Source of the DNA: an uncultured virus (IMG/VR IMGVR_UViG_3300038530_001278)
Lineage: Duplodnaviria > Heunggongvirae > Uroviricota > Caudoviricetes
Strand: one strand, 5' to 3'
Virus record (IMG/VR): IMGVR_UViG_3300038530_001278
Length of the DNA stretch: 64,000 bases
Both the position numbers and the translations under genes were made by a program. Position 1 is the stretch's first letter; every line of letters starts with the position of its first letter. Shown in pieces: positions 22,096 to 31,613 of the stretch. A model generated the notes under the pieces. The model was not told the origin of the DNA. It did no database searches and saw nothing but the letters and a program-made list of their open reading frames with translations.

Positions 22096-22439
22096 TACCC
22101 AACACCTTTTATAACTTGAATCTGTCCTGTTAACAACCTTGTAACAGTTCCAGATAAATTTATATCTAAATCATAATCTGCTCTATTGAACTTTAATAAC
22201 TTTGTTTGATTTGCAGTAAGGTTTATAGTAAACTCTCCACCGGAAGGATTACTAAGAGTTATACCATTACCATTAGACAAATTTAAAACAAAATTCTGAT
22301 CACTCCTATTATCTTTAGCTTTTAAGGTAATATTAGCACCAGATAAATTTATTGCTGTACCAGAAGCATCTTCATATTTGATTGTATTTCCAAAAGTTGC
22401 TCCTTGTTCTATTTTAAAATTGTGTGATCCTGCTCCCAT
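22095..22439 (-). CDS. BppU-like beta-sandwich tail/fibre adaptor protein
   Basis: IEQGATF...INLSG...YDLDI...VTRLLTGQIQV pattern. Confidence 0.6.
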   Translation of the reverse strand: MGAGSHNFKIEQGATFGNTIKYEDASGTAINLSGANITLKAKDNRSDQNFVLNLSNGNGITLSNPSGGEFTINLTANQTKLLKFNRADYDLDINLSGTVTRLLTGQIQVIKGVG

Positions 22440-23650
22440 TATAAAGAATAATCAAAAACGTTAGGTTTACCTTTACCATTGTTTTCTATTAAGGTATATC
22501 CAGCTGAGCTAGTCCACCCGTTTGATTCGCTGTAGAAGTTGCCGGTAAACAACGGAGCAACATCTATAGCCCTATAATCTGCTTGATCTACATATGTTTC
22601 ATTTAGTGTATGATAAACTTTTCTAGTTTTTCTACTATGCCAATGCCCACCAAGCAGTACATTGTAAAGACCTTGTTTTCCATATTCCCATATAACTTTA
22701 CCAAAGTCTCTTTTAGATAAGCCATGATGATTGTGAGTCATGATATAGTATATATTATCTATTTTAGATCCTATAACTAATGGACTAAACTCAAACTTAA
22801 CATCAGTAATTGCATTTCTTAACATATAAAAAAGCAATCCGGCTATATCTCCTTCGTTGTCATGTTTAGCATCCGAGGTAGATCTATCATGATTACCTGA
22901 AACCATGTAGACTGATGTAAGGTTTTCTATATTAGATAGAAACTCCTTAACTATCTCAAATGCTAAAATCACAACGTGATGTCCATACATTCCTTTACCC
23001 ATAGACTTCCAAGAGTTTATGTGATTCAGTCCTGTAAATGACTCTATGAAATCACCTAGAAATATTACCTCTAGACTTTCATAGTTTCTACTATTCACCT
23101 GATCAGCAATACTTTTTAAATATTGTATTACTGTTTTATAATTAAAGTCAGGTGTACGTTGTAAATTTCTAATATCAGCACCAATATGTAAATCTGCCAG
23201 ACATAAAACTCCAGTCTTTTTTCCAGGAGTTCGTTTTACATTAACAATAGATATCGCCTTATCAAGTTCCTGCTTGATAGCTTGATAGTCTATTTCTTCT
23301 TCTCTCGGTTTTAAGGAGAGCTTGACTTGATAATTAGTCTTTTTACCCGTTTTAGTTGAAACATCCCAAGCATTACATGAATAGCCTGTGACTTCATACT
23401 CATTGACATCAATATCAAAGAACGTTATCGCTTCTTCTAGCGATGTAATAGGTTTTTCACCTTTATAATTGTACACTGTCGGTACTCCGTATGAATCTTG
23501 TTTTACTTCTTTTGCTACTTTAGCTACTTTTCTTCTTAACGTTCGATGCGAGAATGCATCGCTCTTCTCTAATATTCTATCCGCTGTTTTACTGTAAGAT
23601 TCATTTGGGAATCTACTGAGAGTATCCCGTATTAAATCTTCTAATGTCAC
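22439..23650 (-). CDS. Calcineurin-like metallophosphoesterase with an N-terminal extension
   Basis: Motif set DLHIG, GDFIE, GNHDR, THNH and GHWH; GTG start. Confidence 0.8.
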   Translation of the reverse strand: MTLEDLIRDTLSRFPNESYSKTADRILEKSDAFSHRTLRRKVAKVAKEVKQDSYGVPTVYNYKGEKPITSLEEAITFFDIDVNEYEVTGYSCNAWDVSTKTGKKTNYQVKLSLKPREEEIDYQAIKQELDKAISIVNVKRTPGKKTGVLCLADLHIGADIRNLQRTPDFNYKTVIQYLKSIADQVNSRNYESLEVIFLGDFIESFTGLNHINSWKSMGKGMYGHHVVILAFEIVKEFLSNIENLTSVYMVSGNHDRSTSDAKHDNEGDIAGLLFYMLRNAITDVKFEFSPLVIGSKIDNIYYIMTHNHHGLSKRDFGKVIWEYGKQGLYNVLLGGHWHSRKTRKVYHTLNETYVDQADYRAIDVAPLFTGNFYSESNGWTSSAGYTLIENNGKGKPNVFDYSL

Positions 23651-23699
23651 CTTATGGTTAGTTTATGTTACTATAAATTTACATTTTTATTTTTTAATT

Positions 23700-23727
23700 A
23701 AAAAAAGGCGGTGACTAAGACCGCCTC
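23700..23727 (-). terminator. Intrinsic terminator
   Basis: AGGCGGT/ACCGCCT stem; the plus-strand A-run gives a U-tract on the minus strand; downstream of 23767..24612. Confidence 0.75.
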
Positions 23728-23766
23728 TTTCTAACAAACTAAAACAAAATATAAAAAAAATGTTTT

Positions 23767-24612
23767 TTAAGCCTTAAGCTTGTCTACTTCTGTTTTGATA
23801 GAGGCAGGAGTAACCGTTGAGTTATTATCTGCAACATATACATAAATACAGAAGTCTTCATATGCTTTTGCGTTACCAACTGCTTTAGAAGCGTATTCTT
23901 TTGTTCCTTCAATAACTAATAAATCATAGTTACCAGAAACAACAGAAGCAGGCTTCTTTAATGTTGCAGCTGATCCAGCTAGACCATACACACCATCAGC
24001 GATAAATCCTTCTTCCTCTACAGCTTTTACTTTAGCTTCTGTACCTTGTGAAGGAACTGCAGCTGTAGTATAAGTAATAGAACTTGCATCATTCATTGCT
24101 AATCTAAAATGAGAATCAATTGGAGCAGTAATGTTAATACTTGCATCAGACTCATCAGACGCTGAGAATCCAAAGAATGGAGAGTCAGCTTTAGCAAATT
24201 CAGCATCCATTAAAGCTTTGATAGCATCTGCAGCTGCCTCAGCATTTGCTGCACCGACTGCTTCAAATGTTTTAACTGGAAGGTTCATTGTACCTTTAGT
24301 TGTGTTGATAATTTTTACGTATGCAGAGTTATCAGACTCTAATACGACTAGTGCGTTTGACACCTGAGCTGTACCAGCACTGTATGCTAGTATAGTAGTG
24401 TTTTTAACGTCCCCTTCACTAATAGGACCTACAAGTTTTGAACCGAAAAATAATGATACATCTTCTTCACCTCCTGATAGATCTAATGCTCCACTATCTA
24501 AAGCAGAGAAATCTGATCCATTTTCTACGAAGCCAAACTTAGCCGCTTCGAAAGCTGAAGACGCAATAGCATCACTGTTTACGATCAATACTTCTTTTTT
24601 AAGATTTGCCAT
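23767..24612 (-). CDS. Virion structural protein (auxiliary capsid-like)
   Basis: 281 aa, Ala/Ser-rich, in the capsid cluster and followed by a terminator. Assignment is mainly by synteny. Confidence 0.5.
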   Translation of the reverse strand: MANLKKEVLIVNSDAIASSAFEAAKFGFVENGSDFSALDSGALDLSGGEEDVSLFFGSKLVGPISEGDVKNTTILAYSAGTAQVSNALVVLESDNSAYVKIINTTKGTMNLPVKTFEAVGAANAEAAADAIKALMDAEFAKADSPFFGFSASDESDASINITAPIDSHFRLAMNDASSITYTTAAVPSQGTEAKVKAVEEEGFIADGVYGLAGSAATLKKPASVVSGNYDLLVIEGTKEYASKAVGNAKAYEDFCIYVYVADNNSTVTPASIKTEVDKLKA

Positions 24613-24642
24613 AATATTAAAATTTAGAAATTATAAAATAAA

Positions 24643-25803
24643 TTATTCAGTTTGTGAACTTTCAACTGTATTAGTCTGATATCTCTGCGACTCTGTGGCT
24701 TCTAATAAGTGCTTGACCGTAAGGTCTACTATTTCTTGATGTGTGTGATCTGCGAGTTCACAATCTACATTCGAAGATAGAGAGATTTCTACAGGAATCC
24801 TAATGTAATCTGCTCTCAAGCTTTTTAATAGATAACTTTTGTTGTTTTTTGTGTTTCTAAAGACCTTAATTAGAGTGCCGTTTATAATACCAAACGCACT
24901 TTGGTCAGTAGAAGTAGCAAAAGGATTACCTAAAATATTGTAAGCATCATCAGGTTCTACTATCCTGAGTGGAATCTCTTTTATCCTCTTTACAGAAACA
25001 TTATCTATTACTCCATCAAAATCTTGACTAGGAGTAAAAGTTATTGCCGCTTGATCACTTAACGCTTGTAGTTCTATTTGCTTTTCAATAGTAAAACTAC
25101 CAGAACTATCCAAAGATGTACTTTGATATATAGTTGCTGATTCGGCTGCTACTGCACTAGCATCATAATTAAATGTAAGCGATGTATTTATACCTCCTGT
25201 AACAGGAGATCCAAGAGAAACTGTAAAACTGCCATTATAACCAGCTGAAACACCTGGTCTTTGTAATATAAAGGTTACAAGATAAGTTTCACCTCTTCTT
25301 ACTTCTTCTAATGTTTGTGAAGCTGCCTCTTGGTAGCTACTGTCAGATCCTGCTGTGTGTGATAAAAGTCCGTTACTTATTGTCCATCTATCATCTGTTC
25401 CATCTCCTAATACCCATGAACTAGTCGTATCAAATTTACCATTAGATACAAGCTCAGGATCTACTTTACAATCATCGTAAAGTATTTTTACTCTACTATT
25501 AATCAGAAACATATAATCAGTAGGTAGGTCAAAGTCTTCATAATCTCTAGCAGGATTTGGTGTTACAACAGTGTCTAGATAATCTAGTTCTGTGAGAATT
25601 CTCAAATCATCTACTCTTTTTTGAGATCCGTGAAGACCTTGCCTCTTGGGATCTGAGGCAAAAAAGAATCTTTGTTTTATAAATCTTTCTTGCATTTTAT
25701 TCAAAGCAAAGTCTATCTCTTCCGGCAAATATGTGTCGAATGAGTTAGACGCTACTTTTTGCAGCCCCTGTTCTACCGCATGATGCATTTCTAATACTGT
25801 CAT
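24643..25803 (-). CDS. crAss ring/neck protein with a CBM-like insertion
   Basis: EEIDFALNKMQERFIK...RVDDLR N-terminus and CELADHTHQEIVDLTV C-terminus. Confidence 0.75.
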   Translation of the reverse strand: MTVLEMHHAVEQGLQKVASNSFDTYLPEEIDFALNKMQERFIKQRFFFASDPKRQGLHGSQKRVDDLRILTELDYLDTVVTPNPARDYEDFDLPTDYMFLINSRVKILYDDCKVDPELVSNGKFDTTSSWVLGDGTDDRWTISNGLLSHTAGSDSSYQEAASQTLEEVRRGETYLVTFILQRPGVSAGYNGSFTVSLGSPVTGGINTSLTFNYDASAVAAESATIYQSTSLDSSGSFTIEKQIELQALSDQAAITFTPSQDFDGVIDNVSVKRIKEIPLRIVEPDDAYNILGNPFATSTDQSAFGIINGTLIKVFRNTKNNKSYLLKSLRADYIRIPVEISLSSNVDCELADHTHQEIVDLTVKHLLEATESQRYQTNTVESSQTE

Positions 25804-26612
25804 TCACTAAATGTTTTTAGACGAGCTTTTAAAGTAGCATATACTTCAGAGTTCTTTTTATCTTTTAGATATAGAACTGCTGCCTCTAAGCTATCTCCAA
25901 TGTTCTCATCACCGTTTAAATAAGTCTGTCCTACCCTACGTAATACATCGTTAGATAAACAATCTTCGATAAACGCTTGGTATTCAATGTTCTTATCGTT
26001 AGCGTACATTAGAAACTCAGATGGATTTGAATCCAGCTCTCCTTCTAAAGTAATTTCTTTTTGTGTTTCGTCCATAGATTTAGGATTATATCCGTAGACT
26101 AATAACATTTGATTTACTTTAGCTGGATCAGCAGATAACTTAATAAATGCTTTATAAGCTTCTTTTCTATTTTTAACACCTGCAGCTTGTTTAGCTTTTT
26201 CAATTGCAGTGTCATAGATAAAATACTTATATTTTTTATTAGAATATAACTCTTGTTCATCTTTAGCAACATATGGATGTGCTAGAGCAAATTTATATCT
26301 AATGTAATCTAATAAGTTATTTGGATCACCGTTTTCATCTGTACCTACTTCTAATTTAGTACCCGTATTCTCAATTGTCAATGACATATCTTGAAAATAC
26401 TTTCTAACTTCTTTTTGGAAGTTAACGTCAGAGGAATCTATTCCTATGACACCTGGTAGGTATTTTTTTTGTTCTCCGAAGGTTAATCCTGTATTAGTAT
26501 CACCATTCGCAGAAAACGTAGAACCTATTTTTCTCTTTGCTTCAGAATAAACTTCTTCAGGCAAATTAGTAGCGTTAGGTCTTCGCTTAATTATTACTGT
26601 TTTTATACTCAT
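25800..26612 (-). CDS. Conserved crAss protein downstream of the major capsid gene (gene 75-like)
   Basis: TGLTFGEQ, NLLDYIRYKFALAHPYVA and IGDSLEAAVLYLKDKKN motifs; synteny. Confidence 0.7.
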   Translation of the reverse strand: MSIKTVIIKRRPNATNLPEEVYSEAKRKIGSTFSANGDTNTGLTFGEQKKYLPGVIGIDSSDVNFQKEVRKYFQDMSLTIENTGTKLEVGTDENGDPNNLLDYIRYKFALAHPYVAKDEQELYSNKKYKYFIYDTAIEKAKQAAGVKNRKEAYKAFIKLSADPAKVNQMLLVYGYNPKSMDETQKEITLEGELDSNPSEFLMYANDKNIEYQAFIEDCLSNDVLRRVGQTYLNGDENIGDSLEAAVLYLKDKKNSEVYATLKARLKTFSE

Positions 26613-26642
26613 GATTAAATTATTAATAGTTAAAATAATCAG

Positions 26643-26673
26643 AAAGAAAAGGGGACAAAAGTCCCCTCTCTTC
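26643..26673 (-). terminator. Intrinsic terminator after the major capsid gene
   Basis: AGGGGAC-AAAA-GTCCCCT stem with a U-rich tail on the minus strand. Confidence 0.75.
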
Positions 26674-26684
26674 TGAAAAGAAAT

Positions 26685-28121
26685 TTAAGATTTCACACAC
26701 TCTAAGTGTAAACAATTTGTAGCTCTTCTGATTGCAATACCAGTTTCTTTCATAAAGTGAACTGATGCACCGTCTACATCATTTGCTCTTAGTGAGTTAC
26801 CACCACTAAATCCTGGAGGAACAGAAGCACCAGCTACTGCCCATCTTACTAGCTCTCTACCTTTTCTAGAGATCATTTGAACGTTAGTTTCTCCATCATA
26901 TGTAGACATATCAAGGAATAACATTCTATATGATTCTAGTGGTAAACCAGAAACAGGATGTTTTGGACTGTTTAGTGATCTTGCACCGTGGTCGAATAAT
27001 GGTAAGTGTCTTACTGTAATCACATGACCATCAATATGCTGGTAAGAAGTGAAGTAACCTCCTAATTGTAGGTTAGATCCACTACCAGAAATAAAGTTAG
27101 CTGGGTCTGTGTTTTTGATGTAAGTACCAGAACTGATCTCGCTCTTCATAGCGTTATCAAATTCTTCCATACCACCGATTCCTGTAAACAACACAATGTT
27201 CATTTGCTGAGCATCAGAAGCACCATATAATGCGTCTCTTACTACAGACTTGATCTTGTTAGTTGTTAATGAAGAATACGTATCAACGTTAGGAATTTGC
27301 TCAATAACTCCTGCTCCGATTGGAATAGGCTTGTTATTGTCATCCTTCAAATTAATAGTACCATCTGAAGATCTGTTGTACTTAGAATACCACAGAGCGT
27401 ACTCTGTTTCTTCTTTCCATCTCAGCATGTGCTGATACTCTTCAAAGTCATACCATAGATTTGTTTTTCTGCCATCTACATTAAACTCGAAGTTAACCAC
27501 TTTGTCAGGCATATTACCTTCATATCTGTAAGATTTTCTGATCAAAGAGATTTGGTTTCTCATTTTAGATGGTGCAACCCAGTTACTTTCGTTACCAACT
27601 GAACCAGAAATTGCTGTAGGTGCAAATAATTGTACCCACTTCTTTCCTTCACAGTTTGCATCTGACACAGAGTCATTTGCATCTGCAGTAACTAATTGTA
27701 AAGTATAGACCCAACCTCCGTCTGATTCGACAGGATCAGTCATTACTCTTGCTTGGATTCCTTCTTCACTTTCAATAATGTATTGCTTAATGAACCATTT
27801 TTCATTAAACTTTACTTTGAATCTAGTGAAGTTAACTCCAGAACCGCTCACTTTTGAGCTTGATTCTACAGTTTTGTTAATTCTACCCATTACTGGATAG
27901 TCATACTCAATGTCGTTGATGTACTTGATAGCTCCCTGTCCTTCAGTTAGGAAAGATAGAGGAAACCTCTTGTCTTCTCTTCCTGCTAGATGAGTTATTA
28001 CCGGTGACAGTACATCAGGCTGAGTTAGAAGGGCGTTCGCTAATGAGTTCTCATCAGTCATACCCTCAGCGTTGAAAATGTCTTCGTATAAACGAAGCTT
28101 TTTTAAATTATCTGCTGCCAT
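26685..28121 (-). CDS. Major capsid protein (crAss-type HK97 fold)
   Basis: 478 aa with MRNQISLIRKSY, IPIGAGVIEQI, FTGIGGMEEF and HPVSGLPLESYRM motifs; follows portal and scaffold. Confidence 0.9.
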   Translation of the reverse strand: MAADNLKKLRLYEDIFNAEGMTDENSLANALLTQPDVLSPVITHLAGREDKRFPLSFLTEGQGAIKYINDIEYDYPVMGRINKTVESSSKVSGSGVNFTRFKVKFNEKWFIKQYIIESEEGIQARVMTDPVESDGGWVYTLQLVTADANDSVSDANCEGKKWVQLFAPTAISGSVGNESNWVAPSKMRNQISLIRKSYRYEGNMPDKVVNFEFNVDGRKTNLWYDFEEYQHMLRWKEETEYALWYSKYNRSSDGTINLKDDNNKPIPIGAGVIEQIPNVDTYSSLTTNKIKSVVRDALYGASDAQQMNIVLFTGIGGMEEFDNAMKSEISSGTYIKNTDPANFISGSGSNLQLGGYFTSYQHIDGHVITVRHLPLFDHGARSLNSPKHPVSGLPLESYRMLFLDMSTYDGETNVQMISRKGRELVRWAVAGASVPPGFSGGNSLRANDVDGASVHFMKETGIAIRRATNCLHLECVKS

Positions 28122-28151
28122 GATAAAAAAATTAAAAATTAAAAATTAAAC

Positions 28152-29267
28152 TTATCCTAATAACTTATCTAAAGAAGGAATTGTCGGTCTTTTGCTAGTT
28201 TTATTAAACCCTCCTTTGTTACCCTTCATTCTTCTGGATGCAGTTTGTGTATTTGCTTTTAATTTAGCTTTCAAATTCACAGCCTGCCTTGTGGTTGCTT
28301 TGGTATTTATTAACTTCGACAAATCAAGTCCCTTATACATAAGGTATTCCATAGCAAGTATGGATTCTTGATCTAGCTTTTCTCTATCTATAATTCGTTG
28401 GCTTCTTCCTTGTTGATCAACTGGAACCGACATCCAATTATAGAATTTCTTTTTGTCTGCTTCTGGAATAGTAAAGTCTTTCAACTTACCTTTATTAATA
28501 ATAGTACTAATATTATTCCAAGTCTCTTTGGTTTGCTGTGCTACACGTTGGGCATCTTCTTGCTGCTTTTCCAGTAATTGTTTCTTAGCTTCAGCTTGTG
28601 AGCTTGCTAGTTTTTTTACTGCTCTGCCTGCATTTTTATACAGAATCTTAGCATCTTCATAATCTTGAATCGTATCCATTACCTCTTCTGGTTCATATCC
28701 TTGAGAGGTTAAGAACGTTTCTAAGATCTTTCTCTGCATTCCGACATCTTTTTCATTTACTTCCAGCGTAGAGAAATCAATCTCTTTTGCTGCTACCTCA
28801 AAGTATTTATCTGGATCTCCTCCTGATACTCTATAATTAAGGTATTCTTGTATGTCTGGGAAAGCTGAAAATACTTGTTGAAACTGTTCTTCTGCCATCT
28901 TTGTAGCTGCTTCCTTAGTAACTCCGACAATACCATCGTAATCATCACTAAATTCTCCTTGTATATCATACCCTAGTCTTTCTACTAGTGTTGATATTAT
29001 TGAGGGCTCTGAATCTGTCTCATCAGACTCAACCTTTTCAGCTACTTCTTCTGCTTGTGGTTCTTCTACTTCCTCTGTAGATTGTTCTTCTACAGGTTCT
29101 TGTTCTGTTTGCTCTTCCTGAGCTTCTGGTTGTTCTACTGCTTCTTCAGCAGTGTTTTCTACAGGTTTTTCTTCTTCTTTCGGATCTGTAGACTCCGGGA
29201 TTTGTTGATCGTCTAATAACTGACTAACAGTTACTTTAGACAGATCTAAGTTCTCATCTTTACTCAT
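28152..29267 (-). CDS. Probable capsid scaffold/assembly protein
   Basis: Highly acidic N-terminus and helical body; located between portal and major capsid gene. Confidence 0.7.
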   Translation of the reverse strand: MSKDENLDLSKVTVSQLLDDQQIPESTDPKEEEKPVENTAEEAVEQPEAQEEQTEQEPVEEQSTEEVEEPQAEEVAEKVESDETDSEPSIISTLVERLGYDIQGEFSDDYDGIVGVTKEAATKMAEEQFQQVFSAFPDIQEYLNYRVSGGDPDKYFEVAAKEIDFSTLEVNEKDVGMQRKILETFLTSQGYEPEEVMDTIQDYEDAKILYKNAGRAVKKLASSQAEAKKQLLEKQQEDAQRVAQQTKETWNNISTIINKGKLKDFTIPEADKKKFYNWMSVPVDQQGRSQRIIDREKLDQESILAMEYLMYKGLDLSKLINTKATTRQAVNLKAKLKANTQTASRRMKGNKGGFNKTSKRPTIPSLDKLLG

Positions 29268-29272
29268 TGTTA

Positions 29273-29280
29273 CAAAATTA
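29273..29280 (-). promoter_or_regulatory. Putative -7 promoter box (TAATTTTG)
   Basis: TAnnTTTG match 5 nt before the scaffold ATG. Confidence 0.35.
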
Positions 29281-29348
29281 ATTAAATTATACTAGTTTTT
29301 CATGTTTATCTACACTCTGGTTTAACACCTTTATATAGACAATTTTTG

Positions 29349-31601
29349 TTATTTACTGCCTTTTTGGGCTGCTATTTGCTTATTAGCAATTTCTTTCTTA
29401 TCATTTAGTTCTTGTCTTTTTAAATCGAGCTTTTCTCGTTCTAATCTTACACGTTCTAAATCAACTGCATCATTAATTCCGTTGTCGTTCATATCTTGAT
29501 CTACAACTTTAGCTGCAACTTTCATTTCTTCAATGTCCATTTTAGCGTCTCTGTCTAGTTGATTTTGTTCTGCTGTAAACTCTCTATCTGCTTGTTTATC
29601 AGCCATTTGTGCTTGTTGTGCCATCTGTGCCATCTCTTGCTGCTGTTTAGCTTGTGCTTGTTGTAGTGCTTTTTCTTTTGCATCTACCTCTGCTAGCTTC
29701 TCTTTTATCTTACTAAAGTTATTACCTTCTAAGATCTCTGCGATCGTAACAGGACTACTACCATTCTGTGCAAATGACAATGTAAGTTGTTTTAATGCTC
29801 TTAGTTTGTCTGCTTCTATTGAATTATTCTTAACAAATACTCCAAATTCTGCTTCTTGGAATAAACCTGGATCTATATCTAGTATAGCTTGTCTAAAATC
29901 ACTAGTTACATATTGAGTTTTTAGTCCATCTTTCCAAGCTACCTTTGCTACATCTAATAAACCATTAAATTCTCTTTCTATCATTTTGTCAAATCTTCTA
30001 AACATCTCTTCTGTTACAACAGATGACTGAAACACTGCTCTTTCTGTAGCACCTATACCATCTGATGCTTGCACTTGTCCTTTACGTTGTCTAGATATAC
30101 CTATTAGTTCTTCCCATTCTGCTTTTATTGCTTGTAAAAGTTGGAATTGAGAAGCTATGTACTGACCCAAACTCATGTCTAATACCTGGAACTGATTGAA
30201 TGACACCCTCTCACCACGCTTGCCCTCTGCTGTAGAATCTATGAAAGCAAACCCCATTGCATCTGCATAATACATAAACTTCTCTTCATCCCAACCATGT
30301 CGCTTTGGAATTGTATTCATTTCCATCAACATGATTTTATCCTTGTTCTTAGCTATAGATAACTCTAGTCTATAATGAAATATATTGTATAGGATTTGGT
30401 AGGGTACACCCATAGATACTACAGATACTTGCTCTGAATGTCTATTTGAGTAGATTCTTCCGTTGTAGGGGAGTTTACATATGGAAAGATTTGACATTTC
30501 ATTTCTTTGTACCTGATGTGGTCTAATATTTACAAATATATCACCATCTATTCGGTACCCTTCCCAAACCTGATTAACCCAATAATATTCTATAGTTTCA
30601 TTATTATCAGCGTCTACTTTGTATGTTTCGTCAACAATTACTGATTGTTCTTGTCCTAATTCATCAAAGTAGGTAAGTATTCCAATACGTGCGAAAGACT
30701 TCCACACTACATGTAATACCTCCGCAAACTTTTCTGTATCTTGTGATGAATAGTTTGCGTTGAAAGGAGAGATATACCCCATGCTCTTTTTTTGAGAGGG
30801 ACGCTCCAATCTATCTATATCTGCCGGTTTAAGAACATCATAAAAACTATCAACGATAGAGTTTACGCTCATTATTTTTCTTCTTACACACCAATCACCA
30901 TCTTCTATAAACTGTATATCTGGTGATTTCTCATAGTCAACATCTAATGGAGATACAATCTCATAATCACAGTCATTCATGCATACATCTTTATATGTAT
31001 AACATTCTCCTGCAACTAACCAGTCAAAGAATGCAGTTTGAAATTGATCAGGTAATTCTAATTTATCTATTAGATAATCTAGAGATTCCTGTCCCATTAT
31101 AGCTCTAATATCTTTATAATTAGCGTATATTTCTTGTTCTAGTTCTCCTAATTCAGGTAGATCTGTAGTAGGCATACCAGTTTCTACACCTAATTCGTTA
31201 AGATCATTAATAAACTTTTGTTCTAAGTATTTTTTTAGTTCGTCTTTTACCAACTCTTGTTGCATAGACTGCATATCAGAATTACGTACTACTACTTGAT
31301 GATTAAAAGGTCTTTTTGCTTTTTCACCAAGTAAAAGATCTACAACCGGTTTAATAATATTGTAATTACGAAGTCTTGCAGGAAATCCTTTTGTTTTGTG
31401 TTTTTCTGAGTTGTATGGATTAATTACATAGTTGTAATCATTCTCATTTAGGTTACCGTTGTATGCATCGTAGAATTTATGCATAGCGGATTTGTGTTGA
31501 TTAGAAAACTGACTTCTATCAATGTATGCGTTTATCGTGTTTTTCCCCCACTCCTTAGTCTTCCGACTACGTGGAAGCTTTTGCTTAGGAATGCTACTCA
31601 T
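29349..31601 (-). CDS. Portal protein
   Basis: 750 aa with NYNIIKPVVDLLLGE, KLPYNG, PYQILYNI and GISRQRKG motifs; follows terL. Confidence 0.9.
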   Translation of the reverse strand: MSSIPKQKLPRSRKTKEWGKNTINAYIDRSQFSNQHKSAMHKFYDAYNGNLNENDYNYVINPYNSEKHKTKGFPARLRNYNIIKPVVDLLLGEKAKRPFNHQVVVRNSDMQSMQQELVKDELKKYLEQKFINDLNELGVETGMPTTDLPELGELEQEIYANYKDIRAIMGQESLDYLIDKLELPDQFQTAFFDWLVAGECYTYKDVCMNDCDYEIVSPLDVDYEKSPDIQFIEDGDWCVRRKIMSVNSIVDSFYDVLKPADIDRLERPSQKKSMGYISPFNANYSSQDTEKFAEVLHVVWKSFARIGILTYFDELGQEQSVIVDETYKVDADNNETIEYYWVNQVWEGYRIDGDIFVNIRPHQVQRNEMSNLSICKLPYNGRIYSNRHSEQVSVVSMGVPYQILYNIFHYRLELSIAKNKDKIMLMEMNTIPKRHGWDEEKFMYYADAMGFAFIDSTAEGKRGERVSFNQFQVLDMSLGQYIASQFQLLQAIKAEWEELIGISRQRKGQVQASDGIGATERAVFQSSVVTEEMFRRFDKMIEREFNGLLDVAKVAWKDGLKTQYVTSDFRQAILDIDPGLFQEAEFGVFVKNNSIEADKLRALKQLTLSFAQNGSSPVTIAEILEGNNFSKIKEKLAEVDAKEKALQQAQAKQQQEMAQMAQQAQMADKQADREFTAEQNQLDRDAKMDIEEMKVAAKVVDQDMNDNGINDAVDLERVRLEREKLDLKRQELNDKKEIANKQIAAQKGSK

Positions 31602-31613
31602 ATCTTTTACAAA

